A DNA stretch of 64,000 nt from Kondoa subrosea (taxonomy: Eukaryota). Below the pieces are notes generated by a model. The model saw only the letters and a list, made by a program, of their open reading frames with translations. It did no database searches and was not told the DNA's origin. The DNA is taken from positions 248,001 through 312,000 of the forward strand of contig BCIN01000001.1 of assembly GCA_039545335.1 (NCBI GenBank), in the 5' to 3' direction. The translations under genes and the position numbers were made by a program. Positions within the stretch are counted from its first letter, which is position 1. Each line of letters begins with the position of its first letter. This document shows, piece by piece, positions 1-14,136 of the stretch.

Positions 1-3000
1 AGCTGCATCTCGAAGAGAATGGATCACCTTCAAAGGAACGAAGTGTACGCGTCTGGGGTTTGTCAGCTTGAGTGCGCAGACTGACATTGAAATTACAGTA
101 CATCCGCCTACCGCCGCCAGCAGAAACCTACATCTTGAGGATTTCGATTGAAGCAGGTTCTGTTGCTTCCCGTCAAGGTGTTCTCTTCACTTCTTATCCT
201 ATCGATGGCTCTGCTTTTGAGCGCAAAAAGTTTCACAAGACTCAATTGCCTACGGACCCTTCCAAAGCTATCGAGATTGACTTGACTATTGATCGACCAG
301 GAGTCTTTGAGGTATGTAACCCCTTTTCTTCGTCTTTCCGGCTTGTCGTAAGTATTCAATACCTTCTCTTCAGTTCTATGTCGAGTATGAAGACACTTCT
401 GGCAAAAGAGTGTCCGGAGAGCATGGCTACTTCAATGTCGATCCTTTGCTTAAGATCCTCAAACGCACTCCCATTCTTGATTCAAAGACTGCTGCTCCTC
501 TTTCTGTAGCTCAAGGTGGAGGCAAGGTTACTAAAGAATCAGTTTCCATCTCTGCTGATGCTCTGGTTATTCAAACTGTCATCGCAAAATGGATGGGCAA
601 TTTAGAAGAGTGGGCACCTCACCTCGAAACTACTCGTGATAGAGGTTACAACATGCTGCACTTCCCTCCATTACAACCTCGCGGTATTTCCAACTCACCT
701 TACTCACCTTTTGACCAACTTGGATTCGCAGACGATTTGTTCACTCATCTCAAACCCAAGAAGCCTCTCACTACTCCAGAGAAGCAGAAGATCATGGAGG
801 AAGCTCTTAGAGACATTTACAACAAGTATGGATTGCTCAGTATGACCGATGTAGTCTTGAACCACACCGCAAACAATTCCGATTGGTTACAAGACCATCC
901 TGAAGCAGGATACAACATGATCAACTCTCCACATCTCGAATCTGCTGTAGAAGTCGATCAAGCTCTTTTAAAATTCTCCAACGAATTGAAACAACATGGT
1001 CTGCCAACTGATATCCAATCAGAAGAAGATATTGCAAAGATCATTGATGTACTCAAGAACAAGATTATTCCTGAATTGAAGCTGTATGAATATTATGCTA
1101 TTAATGTAGCAGCTGAAAAAGAAGCTTTCGCAAAAGTTTGGTCTCAAGCTGGACAGCTGCCTGCACCGTCTCGACCTGAACCAATGAGGAAAACAAGCAG
1201 TAATCAAGGTAAATCCAACAAGAAGAAGATGACGAATGGTTCATCAGCTAAAGCCGCATCACCCTCACCTGTAGAAGAAAAGAAGCCAGTCAAGGAAATC
1301 ATTCAAGATGTGAAATCACTTTCTCGCTCTGAAATGGTTGAAACCTTTGCTCAGATCTGTCTACCCGAAACATGGAAGCAGTTGGGCGCCCGCAGCCATG
1401 TTCGCGTCGATTACGAAACCGCTTGCCAATTCATGAGCAAACTTCTTGACATCAAAGTCGGCACTGACTCAGACAAGGTCGCTAATGAATTGGCCAAGAT
1501 CCTTGATGATCTCAATGTCGACCGCTACAAGGTTTACGACGATGATGTAGCCACGATACTGGTCCAGTGTGCTGGTCGACCCAAATTCCAGCGTTTGGAA
1601 CCACATGGACCCAAACTTGGTCCAGTGACTGAAAAGACTCCTTTGTGGGACAACTTCTTCACCAAGATTCCATCCAACGATAGAACAGCCAAACATGACC
1701 CAAAATCACTCTATGTGGCAAATAATGGGTGGATGTGGAACGCAGACCCTTTGGCCGATTTTGCCGGACCTAACTCTCGAGCCTACACTAGAAGAGAAGT
1801 CATTTCCTGGGGCGACTGCGTCAAGCTGCGTTTTGGGAAATCAGAAGCAGACTCGCCTTTCTTGTGGAAGCATATGGAAACTTATGTCGCTAACATGGCT
1901 CGTGTATTCCATGGTTTCAGAATCGATAACTGTCATTCTACTCCTTTGCATGTCGGCGAAAAGTTACTCGACGTCGCCAGAAGTGTCAACCCGAATCTGT
2001 ATATTTGTGCGGAGTTATTCGCTGGAAGCGAAGAGAACGATGTGTATATCACCAAGAGATTGGGTTTACATAGTTTGATCAGAGAAGCCGCTAATGGCAA
2101 TACTCCGAAAGAGCTGAGCAGATTGCTGTATATTTATGGCATTGACAAACCTATTGGTGAGGTCCGAATTGTTGCAAGCTCGATTTCTAGACTGAGAAAA
2201 ATGTTTAGGCTCCATGGACGGTGAATGTTTGACCGAAAAGAACAAAATCATGTATAAAGGCAAACAAGTTGATTGTCTCGTTTCACCTCTTCAAGGCAGC
2301 AAACCGCATGCTTTCATGATGGATTGTACCCACGATAACGAAGTACCCAACACTATCACTACCGCAGAACATGCTCTCGCATTAGGTGCTTTGACTTCCT
2401 TCTGTGGTTGCTCAGTCGGATCTAGCAAAGGTTTCGACGATTTTTACGGGCGATTGTTGGATGTTGTTGGTGAAGCAAGACATTATGAACAAGTCAAGTA
2501 TGATTCAGAGAGTAGTGCCGGCTTGGTGAAGAGGGTTCTCAACCACCTGCATACCGAAATGTGCTTGAAAGGTTTTACAGAGGGACATCTGCATCAGGAG
2601 AATGAGGTAAGTCTGTGGTCATTTGATGGCCAGTAGTCTCTGACTAGCGTTGCAGTACATCTTCTCGCACCGTGTTCACCCGGAAGATTACGAAGGCTTT
2701 CTCGTGATTGCTCACACCGCTCACAACTCAACTGGCAAAGATCGTGGATACAGTGAGTGTTGCCTCTAGATCAATATCATGTCAGCTCACCTGGCCCGAA
2801 GTCTCTCCCATCAAGCTTCGTGGGACGAGAGCTACTTTTGTGATGGCACATGAAGTCAACATCGAATCTCGAGAAGTTCCACAAGATAAGAACATCATCA
2901 AAGGCTTACCAGCGAAAGTTACGAGCCTACCAGCTGTTCAAGCGGTCGAGAAGTTCGACGACGATGGCCAATATTCTGAAATCACCGTGCCAGACTACTT

Positions 3001-5487
3001 TCCACCAGGAAGCGTCATGCTTTTCACTACACGAGAAACCACACCAGATATTGGTGTACTCTGCGCTAGCGGTGCTGCTGAAGCTTTTAAGTCTCTGGAT
3101 CTCATTGATCTGAACGTCATGCTCTACCGTGCTGATGGAGAAGAGCGAGATCTGACTGGAGGTCAAGACGGTGTATACACAGTACCCAACATGGGTGCCT
3201 TGGTCTACTGTGGGCTAGAAGGCTGGATGCACCCTCTTCGACACGTCATGAAGAACAATGATCTTGGTCATCCCCTTTGCGGTCACCTCCGGGAAGGAAC
3301 CTGGGCCTTCGACTATGTGCAGGGTCGTCTAGAGAAGTGCGCAAGCTGTTCAATTCCGATACATCTTGCTGACTAAATTATGATAGACAAGTCAGCACAT
3401 TCCCGAATTTGAAAGAACCAGTCGCATGGTTCAAGGAACGCTTTGATGCTGCCAAGAAAGCTCCTTCTTTCATGCGCCCCAAGTATTTCGCCATGATCAT
3501 CAATGCGGCTTACAAAGCTGCTCGCGATTCAGCTCTTGCTCAAATGTCTGACTTTGTGCGATCGAGTCACTCCTTTACTCACGGTCTTGCACTTTGCTCC
3601 GTTCAGATGAACGGCATTGTCAAGTCTGCTTCAATCGATCCCTTTAAAGAGCTTCCTTCGTTGGCCGCTGGTCTACCTCATTTCGCCGCTGGTTGGGCCA
3701 GAGTCTGGGGTCGCGATGTCTGCATTTCCATCAGAGTGAGTTTTGAAGACTGTTTCCTCTATTCTAGGACTAAAAGGTGCCCCAACTCATAGGGTTTACT
3801 GCTGGTCACTGGCCAATTCGATCAAGCTCGCGCTCATCTTTTAGCTTTCTCCTCTACTCTCAAGCACGGTCTCATTCCTAATCTCATCGACTCAATTAAA
3901 ACTCCTCGCTACAATTCTCGTGACTCTCCGTTCTGGTTCCTTCAGAATGTGCAAGATTATTGTCAGCTTGCGCCAGAAGGCACTGACTTCCTGAAACAAT
4001 CTGTCAAGCGTCGCTTCCCTCAGGACGATACATGGATTCCCTATGATGATCCAAAAGCCTACTCGTACTCCAGCACGGTTGCTGAAGTTCTACATGAAAT
4101 CCTTGAACGACACGCTTCCGGTATTCACTTCCGCGAATACAATGCTGGACCTGCTCTAGATATGCAGATGAAGTCAGAAGGTTTCCAGATCGACATTGAC
4201 ACCGATTGGGTAAGCGGTCTAGTCTTAGGTGGAAGTGGATCGAATTGCGGAACTTGGATGGACAAAATGGGTGAGAGTGAAAAAGCTGGCACCAAAGGCT
4301 TACCTGGAACTCCTCGTGATGGTGCACCGGTTGAGATTACTGGTCTGCTGAAAAGTGCTTTGCGATGGATGGACCAACTGTCAAAGGACGGAACCATCCC
4401 CTTCAAAGGTGTAACCATGCAATGTGAGTGACTAATGACTTTGCATATTGTACGCACAGAAGTGAGCCATATCTATACAGCTGACAGCGGAAAGAAGAAC
4501 ATCACCTACAAACAATGGGGAGATTTGATCCAAAAGAACTTCGAGAAGCAGTATTACATCCCTACTGGTCAGTCATGTCTACTGCAACGGCTAGTGCTTG
4601 CATTGATGTTGTGTTTAGACCCATCGGAAGATTCCAAATACGTTCTGAACAGCTCTTTGATCCATCGTCGCGGTATCTATAAAGATGTTGTGGGCTCCGG
4701 TGCTGGTCGCGAATACTCCGACTATCAACTCCGACCGAACTTCCCTATCGCAATGGTAAGTCGCTTGGTTACTTTGCTGTTCAAAGCTCAATTGTGCAAA
4801 TTCAGGCGGTTGCACCTGAACTTTTCGATCCACAGCACGCTCTTGGCGCGTTGAAAATCTACGGCGATGTGCTGTATGGTCCACTAGGCATCAAAACCCT
4901 CGATCCTCTAGACAGTGCTTATCGACCGAATTATGACAACGCAAACGATTCGGACGACCCAGCTATTGCAAAAGGCAGAAAGTGAGTCTCACACCAGTCC
5001 TGTTGGCAGCAGCTCTCTGATGGTGGCTCTCTAGCTATCATCAAGGTCCTGAATGGGCTTGGCCAGCAGGCTATTTCCTTCGTGCCTATCTACATTTCGA
5101 CTCTTTGGCTGGGGAGGGCAAAAAGGTGAGCTATCGTTCCTTAAGCTGCTTTCTCGTTGCTAATCATCGTGACCAGAATGTCGATTACACTTTGCACACA
5201 ATTTACTCAAAACTAGCACCTGCTAGAGAACACATTCGTACTGATGCTTGGGCTGGTATCCCGGAATTGGTCTGTCTTTCATTCGATTCAGACACTTACA
5301 TAGCTTATAGGCATCGAGCAGACGAATGAAAACGGAGCGTATTGCCACGACTCGTGCAGGACACAAGCTTGGTCATCCAGTACAATTCTAGGCAAGCTCT
5401 TTCTGACTCGGTTCCCTACTTCGTTTGACGATGCATCTTTCTGCAGACGTGCTTTATGACATCTACTCTCTAAAGCAAAAAGCATAG
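1..5487 (+). CDS. GDB1: Glycogen debranching enzyme (4-alpha-glucanotransferase / amylo-1,6-glucosidase); multi-exon, 5' end outside window
   Basis: Exons carry GYNMLHFPPLQ, DVVLNHTA, GFRIDNCHSTP, DCTHDNE, AAGLPHF..WGRD, NCGTWMDKMG, DYQLRPNF and YHQGPEW. The last exon ends ..YSLKQKA* (TAG 5485-5487). Confidence 0.97.
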
Positions 5488-5911
5488 ATTTTGGTGGGCA
5501 TTTATCTGAGAGAGGTTTCTGTGCGTTTTCATGGGTAGCATTGCATTGCATTCGATTCTGTAACTCCAGTAGAGGTGTCAGACTAGCTCTCGACTACTTC
5601 CCAAGCCCTTCTCGACTGCAAGTACTTTCGGCTCCGGAGCCCCCTTGGTGGAGAAATACGGTTCTGGAGAATTCTCGTGCCGATGCTGATTCAGTTGTGT
5701 TTAAATGCAATTCCATAAGCAGTCTGCTCACAGCCAGGAACCGTTGTCCCTTTCCTTTGTCACCCACGACATCATCGCCCTTGAACATACCGAAAGAAAG
5801 CTGTTGCAGTTTCCCCTCGGATCAAGCTTTCTTCTGCATCGGCCTTGCTTGGCTCTTGAGACACGTCTCCTGTGTTTCAACCGCGGTTTCTCTGCAATCT
5901 ACCACTTTGCT

Positions 5912-7284
5912 ATGGATGCAGACGCTCTCTGCCTGGCATGCGGCTCCGAGATCAGGTTAGTCCGTTAAGCAAAATAACTTTAATTTGGTGCTAAAAGCAC
6001 GTTTTGCAACGCGATAAACAGACATGTCTATGGCCAGTCCTACTGTTCTGAGCAATGCCTCTTTGAAGCCCTGGGAGAAGCAAGCAGAGCAGAAGTTTTA
6101 CTCAGATCCAGCTCCCCTTTCGAATCTTCGGACAAAAGACGGACAGCTTCGAGAGGCTCTTCTATACGCTCTGGTCGATTCTCTTCCAACAGTGGTACAG
6201 ACTCTCGTTCAGGTGGCACCAATTATGATTACACTTCAGAAGACACTTTACCGACATCGACTGAAGGCAATGACGAATCAAATCAAGAAGGCAGCGATTC
6301 CGATATCAAGTTCCCTCAATTCTTTCCACGTCGGAGGAACTCCCAACAGGGCCCATCATCACGTCGAACTAGTCCTCTAGTTTCGTGAGTTTTCCTTTTC
6401 GTGTGAATCTTGGCATCTAAGACATTTTTCGGCATTGTGTACAGCACAACTCCATTACGGCCTGTCAACGAAATTACTTCCAGCTTACCAACTAACTTCG
6501 CAACGAAACCTGTTGGCTACTCTCCGTCTCGATTAATTCCACCCGCACGACCAAGGACAGCTACATCAACTCCTAAAACAACTACTTCAGTTTCCCTATC
6601 CTCAGTAGACACGAAATCCTCTTCTTCAGACAATACTTCTTCTTCAGTCACACGAGGTCCATACGCCCGACGATCTAGGAAAAACTCCAAAACTTCCTTA
6701 GCCACTGCATCTAATTCTTCTTCTTCTAATTCGAGACGCAACAAACTCCGTCAACCTGGTTCTTTATCTTCACCTCGTGGATCAACTAAACATCTTACTG
6801 GTTTCTTTCTGGGTGACGAAGATGAAGATGCAAGCGATGCAGATTCGGAATGCGAGAGGGATGCGGTTGCTGAAAATGGTTTGCAGAATTCGAGAGCTGC
6901 TTTAGGTTTAAGAAGGGTCAGTTCGGCTCAGAAAGTCAGTGGGCAAAGAACTCCGACGAGCAGTGCTGGAAGTGGCAGAGCTAAAGGTGTTTGGAGCATG
7001 GCGGAATTGTAAGTCTCTACAATAGCTAGTATGCGATAGCGCTCATGCTATGATCCAGATGTCTGGACGATATACCAATGAGTGAAGAACCGAACGATGA
7101 TGAAGGGCAAGACGAAGAACCGACTATGGTCTTCAAGAGTACTCCTGAGTCGTCTGAAGATGAACGCGAAGGTCGGAGAGGACGTTCTAGGTACGTTCAT
7201 GCACGTCTTTGTACTCTTTCCTGGCTGAACAATACTTTCTATAGAGCTGTAACTCGACGCATATCGCTGAATGGCGACCAATAG
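5912..7284 (+). CDS. Hypothetical Ser-rich protein with N-terminal Ecl1-like CxxC...YCSxxC zinc-binding motif
   Basis: Removing intron 5956-6021 gives MDADALCLACGSEIRHVYGQSYCSEQCLFE, followed by low-complexity Ser/Arg-rich exons; stop at 7284. Confidence 0.6.
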
Positions 7285-7503
7285 CATAAGAAGATTCAAG
7301 TCCTACACCTTTTGACCAGCAGCAGGACTGTCGACTACCAACAAACCAACATCATCTCCAAGCACCTCACTCATCCTTCATCTTCGAAAAAAAGGACTTT
7401 CACACATTGTAAAATAGTAAAAACAAAGTCGTATAAGAGAAAAACATTAGCCGTTCACGTTGCATAAGAGAATTGTATTTCATTTCTTCTGCATTTTGAA
7501 AAT

Positions 7504-9374
7504 CTATGATTGGTAGATTTCTTCTATTGCTCTAGCTACTTTCAAAACAAATCGATCTGTTCCCCATTGACCAGCAATTTGAACACCTAAAGGCCAATCA
7601 TCTTCTCCTTTGGTGTACGGTAGTGAGATAGCCGGTAATTTAGCTAAAGAAGCAGGAATGTTCAATACGTCTTGAGCGTACTCAGGCTGTGTTGAGACAG
7701 AAGAAAGTAGAGGTGCCGTTGAAAGCGTCGAAGGATGTAGAAGGACATCAACTTGCTCTACTGCTGCTTCCGTTCGGACCGATGACAGGACATTTCGCGC
7801 AGCAAAGATTCGGTCGAAATCTTGTGACACTTCTTGTCTCACTTTTTGAGCTTGTAAGAAATAGTTATGGAAAGCACTAGCAAGAGTCTTCGTCAGTTCT
7901 TGTTATGGCAAAAGCAGACAAAGAAGACACACTCAGCTGACAGCGCGAAATGACCTAAATCCAAACGAGCTTTCACTTCAGAACCGAAAGCTTCTTCCCT
8001 TGATTTGATATACGAGTCAGAGAACCCTTGTTTCGTGTTTTCAGCATTAGGTGTTCTATAGCCTTCATTTAACAACATTAGCAAAGATCACTAAAGGGAT
8101 AATTGATTGAGGAAACCAACCATATCGAACTCCATCGTATTTCGCTAGATTGGAAGCAGCTTCCGCACTGGCCAGAACATAGTATGCACTTAAAGTTCGA
8201 GGGATAGTAGGTAATGATACGGGTAGGACAGTAGCTCCTGCTGAACGGAGTCTCCGAACTAAAGATCGAAGAGGTTTGAGTGAAGAATATTCAATTTCAG
8301 CAGAAAAATATTCCTAGTTCAGTTGTGAAAGAATGTTCAGAGTGAAGAGATAGAGAGACAAACAGTTGGAACGCCTATCCTGAGTGACTTGAGTAAGAAA
8401 GAAGATGAAGAAGGTCGATCTTTATGTAGTGATTTCGCGCGTTCTCGTGAGGATTGAGTAACAGCCGTCGGATCTTTCTCGTCAAACATATTTAGAAACT
8501 CTACCTATCTTCAGCCGATCCGTCTCTGATTGAGATAAGTGCTGACCGAAAGCGGTTTCCACGTCTTCTACTTTCTGACCCATAATACCTACTGTATCTA
8601 GACTAGAAGCGTATGCTATCAATCCATATCGAGATAAGAGACCATAAGAAGGTTTGAAGCCAACTACACCGCAATAAGAAGCAGGCAAGCGAGTCGAGCC
8701 GCCTGTATCGGATGCCAGAGCTCTATTAAGAAATACCTAAGTCGATAGACCGGTCTATGAAGGATTCTGAACTCACATTCGACATGCTCCTGAAGCCACT
8801 GCAGCTGCTGATCCGCCAGATGATCCACCAGCCGATCGATCTTCCTTATTGCCTTTCGGTCGAGCTGGGTTGATGACAGAACCAAAATATGAGTGGGTAT
8901 TTGTCGATCTAATTCATCAATTAGCACAGCAAAAGCATGCATGAGGGAAGTAATTACCCCATACCGAATTCATCCATATTCGTCTTTCCTATTATGTTTG
9001 CTCCGTTCTTCTTAAGCAAATCAACAACAGTAGCATCGTAAGGAGGTGTGTAATCTTTTTGGACCTTTAAGTAACAGCATCCTTCCAGATAACCAAAGAA
9101 AAGCTTACCTTGCAGCATTTTAGATGCACAAGTTGTAGGCGTATCTTTTGTGCAGAAGTTATCCTTGATAGCAATATCCCAATCTTTGAGCTTGCCCTCT
9201 TGTACTTGGCTTACTACAGCAGAGTTCACATAAGATCTATGAAAATACTGGTGCCCGACAAAACCGACTTGAAGGAGGAGAGAAAGAAATGAAAGCGTTC
9301 CATTCATTGGACTTAGTACTCAATCGTCTTCTCTTCGCCTCTCTTACTACTATTCCTACAGTCTGTCGAGTCAT
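7504..9374 (-). CDS. HER2: Mitochondrial glutamyl-tRNA(Gln) amidotransferase subunit A (GatA/QRSL1)
   Basis: Motifs [65 protein letters not shown] and [16 protein letters not shown]. The start is probably the ATG at 9374 ([26 protein letters not shown]), upstream of the track ORF. Confidence 0.9.
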
Positions 9375-9409
9375 TTGACCTTAGACAACCAAAATATTAA
9401 GCGCTTAGA

Positions 9410-9812
9410 ATGGCAGCTGCACCAAGTCGATCTGAAAGAGCTGCTTGTTGGGAAGCAAGGGATGCTTATTTCACTTGCTTGGATTCTAAAGGTGTATTGG
9501 CACCTGGTGATGAGGGAAGAGCTTGTTTAAGTGATCGAAGGAAGTTTGAAAAGGATTGCGTTAGATCTTGGGTGAGCCCTGCGAGAGAGCTATCAATAGC
9601 CTGTGCTGTAGATGCTGAAGTGGTGTGTGGGAAATTGGCAGGTCGATTATTTCACTAAATTACGTGTGAATCAAGCAAGACAGAAATTGTTAATGGCTCA
9701 ATCTGGTCCAGCTCAAAGATCGCCAGATCAGTCAAGTACATTGCCAGATGCCAAGAAACCTTCAACAGCAACGTCGACGAGAAATAGTAGCACCGAAGAG
9801 CGATTAGTATAA
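9410..9812 (+). CDS. COA6: Cytochrome c oxidase assembly factor 6 (COX6B-like CX9C protein)
   Basis: APSRSERAACWEARDAYFTCLD...C...FEKDCVRSW|VDYF, with one intron. Confidence 0.88.
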
Positions 9813-9890
9813 AAGAGGGCATAATTAGACTGAATCCATCATACACCACTTTCACCAATGTAATAATCCTTTGTATACTACTGTGCTCTT

Positions 9891-10998
9891 TTAAGAATCA
9901 GCCTCCTTGTTCTTGTGAGTTTCGCCCTTCTCGCCATCGACAACAGTTTCTTTAGTGACTACTCCGTTTTCATAAGGATCAGCTTCAGCTTCTGAATGTT
10001 CCGCTTTCATCTGCTCAATCGTAGTTAAGCGGATAATTCGATGCCTGAAAATAGATACTGACGATCTCTTGCTCTGACTTTGGCTTCATTCCGCTTTCCT
10101 TCTTCTCACGTTCGCGTTGTTCTTGACCTGTGAGCAGGTAGCTAAACACCACCTAATTTTCAAGGATGTGATCGCATCCACTCACCAGCTTTAGGATCAT
10201 GGTGATGACCTTGACGAGCGAGTTCAGCAGCATGGTTCAATTTGCCTTCATCAGGTTGCAAAGTGCTGTTATTCGGTAAAAGATCAGTACACATAGGAAA
10301 CCAACACAATATTAATTGAGAAGACCCACGCAGGACCTTTCTCGGTAGGATTCTTTTGTCTAGTAACATGATCGGCATCTCTATCACCTTGCATATCTTC
10401 CAAAGGTGAATCCACACCAGGATGAGTTGATCTAGGTGTTTTGAAAGTTTCGCTACCTTGCCAAGGTCGATCAGTTCTTTGATCAACTTCGTATGATCGA
10501 GAAGATTCTTGTCCTGCTGGTTCATTTGATCCTGGAATAGGTGCAATCTCTTCTTCTGCTTCTTCAGAGGAAGCGGGAGCTGCTGCTGGTTCTTCATCCT
10601 CGGGTTCTTCTTTCCATGGTCGAGAAATACCAAAGTTCTTGTTTGCTGGATGTGGAACAGCATGTTTGACTTTGTCTTTAGTGTCTTGAGGGGCAGTCAA
10701 GTAGACTTTGGTGAGATAGCATGAGCTCAAATTTACAAGATAATACTGAGCCTTGCAGCCTTACCCAAAGCAGGAATGAAAGTCAAAGCAGAACCTGTAT
10801 CCATATCAGTCCTGTGCCCAGTGCATCTGAAGCAATGGCTAGCATACCAATAGCCCAAGGTAAATCGCTGCTCTTCTTGCCCGCATGACCTGCAGCCTCC
10901 CGAACAGTTTCACCAGCCGATGAGCCCCAACGACGTGGGATAGCACGGCCACCAGAAGCCAAGCGATTTGCGATACGTTGTGTAGCTGGTCTCAACAT
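9891..10998 (-). CDS. Hypothetical mitochondrial single-pass protein with a hydrophilic, acidic C-terminus
   Basis: Arg-rich presequence-like N-terminus, KKSSDLPWAIGSALTFIPALVYLT hydrophobic segment after splicing, canonical introns, stop at 9891. Confidence 0.65.
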
Positions 10999-11494
10999 TT
11001 GTTATCGGACGTTCGACGACAAGGGAGATTTAGGAAATATACTCGACTGGGCTTGTCGAGCTTCATCGAACTGCTGGTCAAAGCCTCTGTCTATTCTTCT
11101 TGATCTATTTGCACCAACTTGAAGCGTAAAAGCTTTAGTTCAGGCAAATATCTTCTGGCTTGAATCTCAGAGGATGTTACTACAGTACTTTATTTACTCA
11201 AGCTGTCGCAGCTGCTTTGTTACCTTCTCTATCCTCTCCCCTATTTTCTTCCTCGTGAGATTGCATCGCATTATGTCTGTTCGAAAGTCGAGCAGTGCTC
11301 CTTGTTGCCGTACTAGACTCTGTCACACAGCCGATCCGGAACAATAAGCTGTACAGTACGTAAAGAGAGCGATGCTACCTTGTACTCTGCATGTGCACCG
11401 TTCTGGGCGTCTAGCATGTTCAAGCGATGTCTTTTTGCCGAAATCTCTCATTCTTTTCTTATCGATATCTTTGCCTGTTGACTATTGTCTAATC

Positions 11495-13904
11495 ATGGCT
11501 TCTCTTCGAAGCACGTCTATCTTGGAGACCCTCACTCTAGAGGATGAGCATGATCTTCTTCAACACCGACGACCTTCTTCAGCTGCTTCTACAGATTATC
11601 CATTCTCTGACTTATCTAGTTCTCGGCCAACTTCACCTGAACCTGTTTCCCCAATCGTTTGCGTTCCAGATTGGCAAGAAACTGCTCAAAAGAAGAGAGA
11701 AGCAAGAGCAGCTAAATTACCACAGCAATGGTTAATTCCCGAACATGCTTTGCCTGGATCTGAAGTAATGGATGTTACGCAATGGTGTTCTACATGTGAC
11801 TTCTTCACAAAGGAAGAGATAGCAATAACGGAAGCAACAGCTTGCGAGATCGTTGACAGAATAGGAGAAGGGGTTTGGACTGCTGTGCAGGTTATGCAAG
11901 CTTTCTGTCATCGAGCTACAGTTGCTCAGCGTGAGTTCTTCTCTTTATGCGCTTCACCATAAACTGATCCTTTAACGAAAGAGATCTTGAACTGCCTTAC
12001 CGAAGTAAATCCTTCCTAATGCTCTCATTTGCTGATGGCTAACATTTCTTAGACATGTTTCGACGAGGCTTTGGAGCAAGCCGAGCAGCTAGATGATTAC
12101 TTTGCAAAAGAGGGAAAAACGTCGGCCCCATTCTTATGTGTTTTGCTTAAAGCTGATCCGGGAAGACAGTGTTGGCTTACTGCATGGTTTACCTATTTCT
12201 TTCAAAGATCAATTCGATATCAAAGGTCTTGAAACAACAATGGCTTACATTGGTTGGGTAGGAAGATTTGCACAAGAAGATTCAACTTTGGTCACTTTGT
12301 GTAGAAAAGCTGGTGCGATACCATTTTGCAAGACAAATCTACCTACAACCATGATGAGCGGCAGTACAACAAACAACCTGGTTCGGCCTGACTACTCTGT
12401 AGTCGACCAAAGCTCAATGTAAAACAGTTTGGTAGAACTTTGAACCCAAACAACAGGTTGCTGAGCGTTGGTGGATCCAGTAGGTCTAAAATTGATCCTA
12501 GGAAAGCTACTGACTTCTGGACAGGTGGAGGTGATGCCAGCTTAGTTGCTTTCCGCGGATCGCCAATCAGTATTGGCTCTGAGTAGGTTTGCGGTGTTTA
12601 ACGGTTCGCTGCTGATTCGGTCCACAGTATCGGCGGCTCTCTACGTATACCGGCTTGCTATAATGGTCTCTATAGCTTACGACCTTCGCATGGGATCTTG
12701 TCCACTCAGGCGAGTCTGTTGGGCACGAATATGCAGCTTTCACTTATATTCTCATTTTCACAGGGAGCGGTTTCATCTTATCCTGGTCTCGAAAGCGTAC
12801 GAGGAACGGCTGGTCCGATATGTCATGCTGCTCAAGATATTGAGCTTTTCATGCGAGCGATGTCAACGACTCAAGCTTGGCTCTATGATCCTCAAATTCT
12901 TCCTCTTCCATGGACTGACACTATGCCTCTACCTCGAAAGACAGTGTTGCGTTTCGGCTGGAGCTTGAAAGGCGATGGAATCGTTCAGCCAAGTCCGCCT
13001 TTTCAGCGGGCCTTAAAAATGGTCAAGGAAGCCTTACTTGCTGCTGGTCATGAATTTGTTGAATTCGTACCATTAGAGCTACCGAGAGCTCAGCGAATTA
13101 TCAAAAGAGTATGTTACTATTGCATGATCCTATGACGTTTCTGATGCACGCTACAGATCTTACTGGCAGACCAGGGCGAGATATGTACACGACTTCACTG
13201 TGATCATTTCAAGCGGTCTAATCCTTTTTCTAGTTGCTCGAGAGCTTGCTTTGTCGGGAGGTACGCGCTTACAGATGCTACAGTCCAATCATTGACTGCG
13301 CAATGAAGAGAGTTGGCCTGCGGACACCGGCGCTTGGGTTCGTAGCTCTCTTCTCAGGCCAAAGCCTACTCTAGTGGATACATACGACTATGTAGAAGAA
13401 CGCAACAATCTTGCTCGACAATGGCTTGAAAAATGGAATGAGGCTGATATCGATTGTCTGATCATGCCCGTGGTGCCAGTTCCTGCAGCAGTAAGCTCTT
13501 CTCGAGGCTTTGTGCTTTATGCTGACTATATTACAGCCGATTGCTGAACCTATCTGCTATGCGTACACTGCTCTGGGTCCACTTCTGGATCTGACAACTG
13601 CTTCTTTTCCCGTCACTCGTATCGATCCAGAGCTGGACCGATGCAAAACCGATTTTGCACCTCTTGAGCCATCCGTCAGACACATGGAGGATGAGGTGTT
13701 CGACGAAGACGTCAATGCACATTGTCGGTGTTTAACCTGATGTCTAAGCTTTACGCTCATGGTGTGACAGATGCTTCCCCTGCCCGATTCGCGAATGCAC
13801 CCATTGGTCTGACTCTCGTTTGTAGACGATTAGAGGAACGTAAAACCTGTCAACTGCTCAATCTAGTGGAAGAGGCTTTGAAATCGTGTAAAAGTCAGCG
13901 ATAA
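11495..13904 (+). CDS. Amidase-signature family enzyme (acetamidase/general amidase-like), copy 1
   Basis: Catalytic Lys in HGLPISFKDQFD, plus GGSSGG, DIGGSLRIPA and PIGLTLVCRRLEE; many short introns. Confidence 0.92.
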
Positions 13905-14136
13905 CATGGAGTATCACAAAAGGTGTATAATGCAAAATTATCGACTATCCCATTAATGACATGTACAAACACCGATGAGAATCACTTTGCTTGCTCTTGC
14001 CCTGTGGTATACCTCTTGTGCTTTGTTCAATGCGAATTAATTATTCCGTCTCTCTTGCAGAAGTGTCTTACTTTTGTGAATTTGGAGTGCTGCATTTCTT
14101 CATGCTGTTTCTAGGTCGTGAGTGTTCTTAATGGGT

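Noticed and set aside
8954..9307. Apparent signal peptide ([15 protein letters not shown]) on GatA
   Set aside because: This is an off-frame and intronic translation; the upstream frame from 9374 supplies the conserved NAFIS and a presequence.
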